Assembly: GCF_006345805.1 (NCBI RefSeq)
Contig: NC_043003.1
Span: forward strand, 58,342,001-58,406,000
DNA from: Octopus sinensis
Lineage: Eukaryota
Direction: 5' to 3'
Length of the DNA stretch: 64,000 bases
Shown in pieces: positions 60,332 to 64,000 of the stretch (position 1 is the first letter of the stretch; each line of letters begins with the position of its first letter). Both the position numbers and the translations under genes were made by a program. The notes under the pieces were generated by a model. That model saw only the letters and a list, made by a program, of their open reading frames with translations. It searched no databases and was not told the DNA's origin.

Positions 60332-60657
60332 AAACACTCCATCGGTTAAGACGACGGGGCTTCCAGTTGATCCGACCAATGGAACAGCTTGCTCGTGAAA
60401 TTAACGTGCAAGTGGCTGAGTGCTCCACAGGCACGCGTACCCTTAACATAATTCTCGGGGAGATTCAGCGTGACACAGAATGTGACAAGGCTGGCCCTTT
60501 TGAATAACAGGTACTATTCATTTTTTTCCGAATGAGTGAACTGGAGCAGTGTGAAGTAAAGTTCCTTGTCCAATGACACAAGGCGCCGCCGGAAATAGAA
60601 CTCATGACTTTACGATAGTGAGTCGAATTCTCTAACCACTAAGCTTTGCGCCTTCGC
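60332..60657 (-). mobile_element. SINE family C, full length
   Basis: gcttgctcgtgaaattaacgtgcaagtggctgag body; head at ~60580-60657. Confidence 0.88.
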
Positions 60658-61924
60658 TACAGTCGAAAATAATGTGAAAAAAGAAAACAGAACAAACTCA
60701 AAACGAGTATGAATACCACAAAAGACATCCATGAAAATAAACAACCAGCTATCCAACCACAATAAAGACACAGCTTCGACAGCACTCCTAAAAAGAAACG
60801 CGATAAAGACACACACCACCATTGTGTGACCATATTTAATATTGAGTGAAATTTATCAGAAAGAATAAAGAATGCAGAAATGACAATAACGTAATCAATA
60901 AACATGGATCAATAGATATCTTCTCGATTCTAATAGAGTAAGAATATCTTTACCCAAACGTCTCCTTTAATCCCATTTAAAAAGAAAGGATATATATTAA
61001 TATATGCTATAAAATTGAAAAAGAAAACGGTAAGATGTATCCTTACCTAATGAGATGAAAGGAGAGGAATCTGGTATGAAAGACAGGAAAAAATAAACTC
61101 CGAAATAATCAGGAAAATATATCTATAAACGAGAAAATATTCTGAAATTTAAAGGAAAGATATTAGCAGTAAAAATCTACAAAATAAGTGAAAACATGTC
61201 GATGAGATGCTTCGAAAAACATTTAGAATTCTTTTCTGGGGAATATTACATTTAAAACAATTTTTGCATAGAAGATACCTACAAGCCATCCGAAAATACA
61301 GAAGAACTGTTAACTTCATTTAAAACTTTATCATTTGGTGTCAAAATCTGCGTCGCAGTGACTGCGATCTGGTCACTGATATCAAATGATAAATGTTTAA
61401 GTGAAGATGACAGTTTTGTGTACTTTTGGATGGCTAATATGTGTCTTCAACACTATAATTGTTTTAATTTCAACTTGCAATCTCAGATCAAATCATTTGC
61501 TCAACACGTATAATTCTGAGATGTACTGGCACATAAACAAACTCGGCGTATAGGCTGAGGGGACTTTCTGTAGGCCAAAAACATTAGTTTTTAATATTAC
61601 TTGTACAGTAAGTACCGATCGACCTCGAGAATAATTTCAGATTGAAAAATATGCACAACAGAGCCTTTGCAGATCGTAAATTTACAGCGAAGTGGAAGTA
61701 TTTACCGTTGATATCATGGGGACACCCAATGAATTTCGATGACATGATGTGATGAATTTCGCAAGTAAAATCCAAATGTGGAAAGACCTATTGTTGTATT
61801 GAAGCAATATTACGTTTATTGATAAATTATGAATTAAATAAATAATTACTTCATTTCTTAATTTTAAACAATTAGTTACAACAATACAACTTAAAAGATT
61901 CTCGATGACAATTCATGCGTGATC

Positions 61925-62270
61925 GGTACATCGACCCCAGTGCGTAACTGGTACTTAATTTATCGACCCCGAAAGGATGAAAGGCAAAGTCGACCTCGGT
62001 GGATTTAAACTCAGAACGTAGCGGCAGACGAAATACCTATTTCTTTACTGCCCACAAGGGGATACACAAAGAGGGGACAAACAAGGACAGACAAACGGAT
62101 TAAGTCGATTATATCGACCCCAGTGCGTAACTGGTACTTATTTAATCGACCCCGAAAAGATGAAAGGCAAAGTCGACCTCGGCGGAATTTGAACTCAGAA
62201 CGTAGCGGCAGACGAAATACCGCTAAGCATTTCGCCCGGCGTGCTAACGTTTCCGCCAGCTCGCCGCCTT
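61925..62270 (-). mobile_element. SINE family B dimer, well conserved
   Basis: Two body units plus a head ending gccagctcgccgcc. Confidence 0.93.
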
Positions 62271-62706
62271 TTTTGTATTAAATATTGCAATATATACAAT
62301 GCTATGTCTAATTGATATATGAATATTTGATATATTAATGAATATTAATGTTATGATAGTGCTCAATATCTTACACTGGAGCTAATAAAAGTAGACATAC
62401 CTATTATGTTGCATCCAGTATATTGGGATATTCACTTGTGTGTGCGTGTGTGTGTGCGTGTAAATATTATGTGGGGTGGGGAGGATGCGCGCGCCTATAT
62501 ATTTATGTGAAATATGTTTGATTCGAAATGATTAGACACGTATTTTCGTGCCAACGAAACTGAGTCCTAAGTGCTTGTGCCTTCATCTGCTCATATAAAA
62601 GGTATTGAATGTTTTTTTTTCATTTCATTTGCATATGTATGCATAAATACCAATCTACTTGTCCGTCCGCCTGTCTGTCTGTCTCCTTCTAACCGTTTGT
62701 CTATCC

Positions 62707-62754
<48 letters not shown>

Positions 62755-62783
62755 CTTTCTCTCTTTTTCTCTCTGTCTCTCTT

Positions 62784-62840
<57 letters not shown>

Positions 62841-62844
62841 CATG

Positions 62845-62982
62845 ATTAATCAGCCGAAATTGCGAAGATGATCCGGTTCTTGACTGATGATTGAGGGCTT
62901 CGAATGTCCCGTCCTGTATTTCTTGTGTCGTCTTCTAGGTGTTTCACGTTCTTGTCCCAGTTTGTATATATTTTTTTAACTT

Positions 62983-63058
<76 letters not shown>

Positions 63059-63250
63059 TGTATGGGTACAGGACGTCACCAACAGTAAACAACATGAAAT
63101 ACGAAAACAAATGAGTTAAATACGCAAATAACGAGAGAAAAACTGGAAAACAAGACAAGTAATACAAAGAATACAAAGAACGATCTTTCATCAGTTGTCG
63201 GCTGTCTATCTACTTTCGATTTCGAGCAATCAACGACAACTTATCGCATA
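62845..63250. mobile_element. Penelope-like terminal fragments in opposite orientations around (TA)n
   Basis: ctgatgattgagggcttcgaa (+, ~62884); on minus, gctcgaaatcgaaagtagatagacagccgacaactgatgaaag (~63188-63232), the same architecture as 43746-43800. Confidence 0.45.
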
Positions 63251-63288
63251 TATATATTATTTTTATTATTATTTAATTGAATTAAGTA

Positions 63289-63369
<81 letters not shown>

Positions 63370-63500
63370 TAGGAGGTCGCCAGAATTTTGGAATAAGAAG
63401 AATGTTATTATTTAGTCATTATTATTAGCGTTTTGGTTCGTTTTTCGAACTCGTCATATAAAAATTTCGCTTTTTCGGATCGAACATGGGACAAAATATA

Positions 63501-63576
63501 AGAATTAAAATAAAACCTCAAATTAGGCAATCAACTATTTTTATATAATCATACACAGTTATAAATTCAGTTTAAA

Positions 63577-63668
<92 letters not shown>

Positions 63669-63761
63669 ATATGTATACGCATCTTAAGCCGAATTTATTT
63701 ATAATTGTGTATGAGTATATAAAAAAGTTGACTGCCTAATTTGAGTTTTTATTTTAATTCT
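63501..63761. repeat. Foldback: ~80-90-bp inverted arms around a (TA)n core
   Basis: agaattaaaataaaacctcaaattaggcaatcaac... / ...gttgactgcctaatttgagtttttattttaattct. Confidence 0.93.
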
Positions 63762-63789
63762 GTTATATATATATATATATATATATATC

Positions 63790-64000
63790 TTTTACTCTCT
63801 TTTACTTATTTCAGTCATTTGACTGCGGCTATGCTGGAGCACCGCCTTTAGTCGAGCAAATCGACTCCGGGACTTATTCTTTGTAAGCCTAGTACTTATT
63901 CTATCGGTCTCTTTTGCCGAACCGCTAAGTAACGGGGACGTAAACACACCAGCATCGGTTTTCAAGCAATGCTAGGGGGACAAACACACACACATACATA
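63790..64000 (-). mobile_element. SINE family A, 3' half (runs off window)
   Basis: ttcagtcatttgactgcggctatgctggagcaccgcc... Confidence 0.92.

Larger units (their letters stand above)
47508..64000 (+). other. Probable long intron following the TRPN-like exon (runs past window end)
   Basis: GTGAGT donor at 47508. No ankyrin-type exon (TGxTPLxxA) recognised downstream; the region is filled with repeats. Confidence 0.55.

Overview
This is repeat-dense animal DNA. The SINE families and microsatellite load point to an octopus (coleoid cephalopod) genome; that assignment is inferred. A 100-N scaffold gap lies at 31206-31305. Only one host coding segment is well supported: a 164-codon first coding exon at 47016-47507 (+) ending at AAG|GTGAGT. 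Its 3' end resembles the pre-ankyrin helix of NOMPC/TRPN mechanosensitive channels, and its N-terminus carries about 12 K-x-x-[DE]-[PQ] pentapeptide repeats. A candidate Inr+DPE core promoter lies ~190 nt upstream, and no second exon was recognised in the remaining 16.5 kb. The rest is mobile-element material: dozens of copies of four tRNA-derived SINE families, a full-length mariner with only two lesions (42182-43467), mariner/Tc1/maT/Tigger relics, RTE, CR1-like, R4/Dong-like and CRE-like LINE fragments, Helitron pieces, hAT MITEs and Penelope-like termini. The Penelope-like termini carry minimal hammerhead ribozyme motifs, one with an intact core (3710-3747). Structural oddities are two near-identical ~1-1.4 kb tandem duplications joined at microsatellites, a ~370-bp inverted duplication, SINE-body multimers, and several long foldback hairpins, two inside the putative TRPN intron. 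Nearly all ORF-track entries are microsatellite or SINE artefacts. All family assignments come from recalled motifs, not database searches, and most repeat boundaries are approximate.
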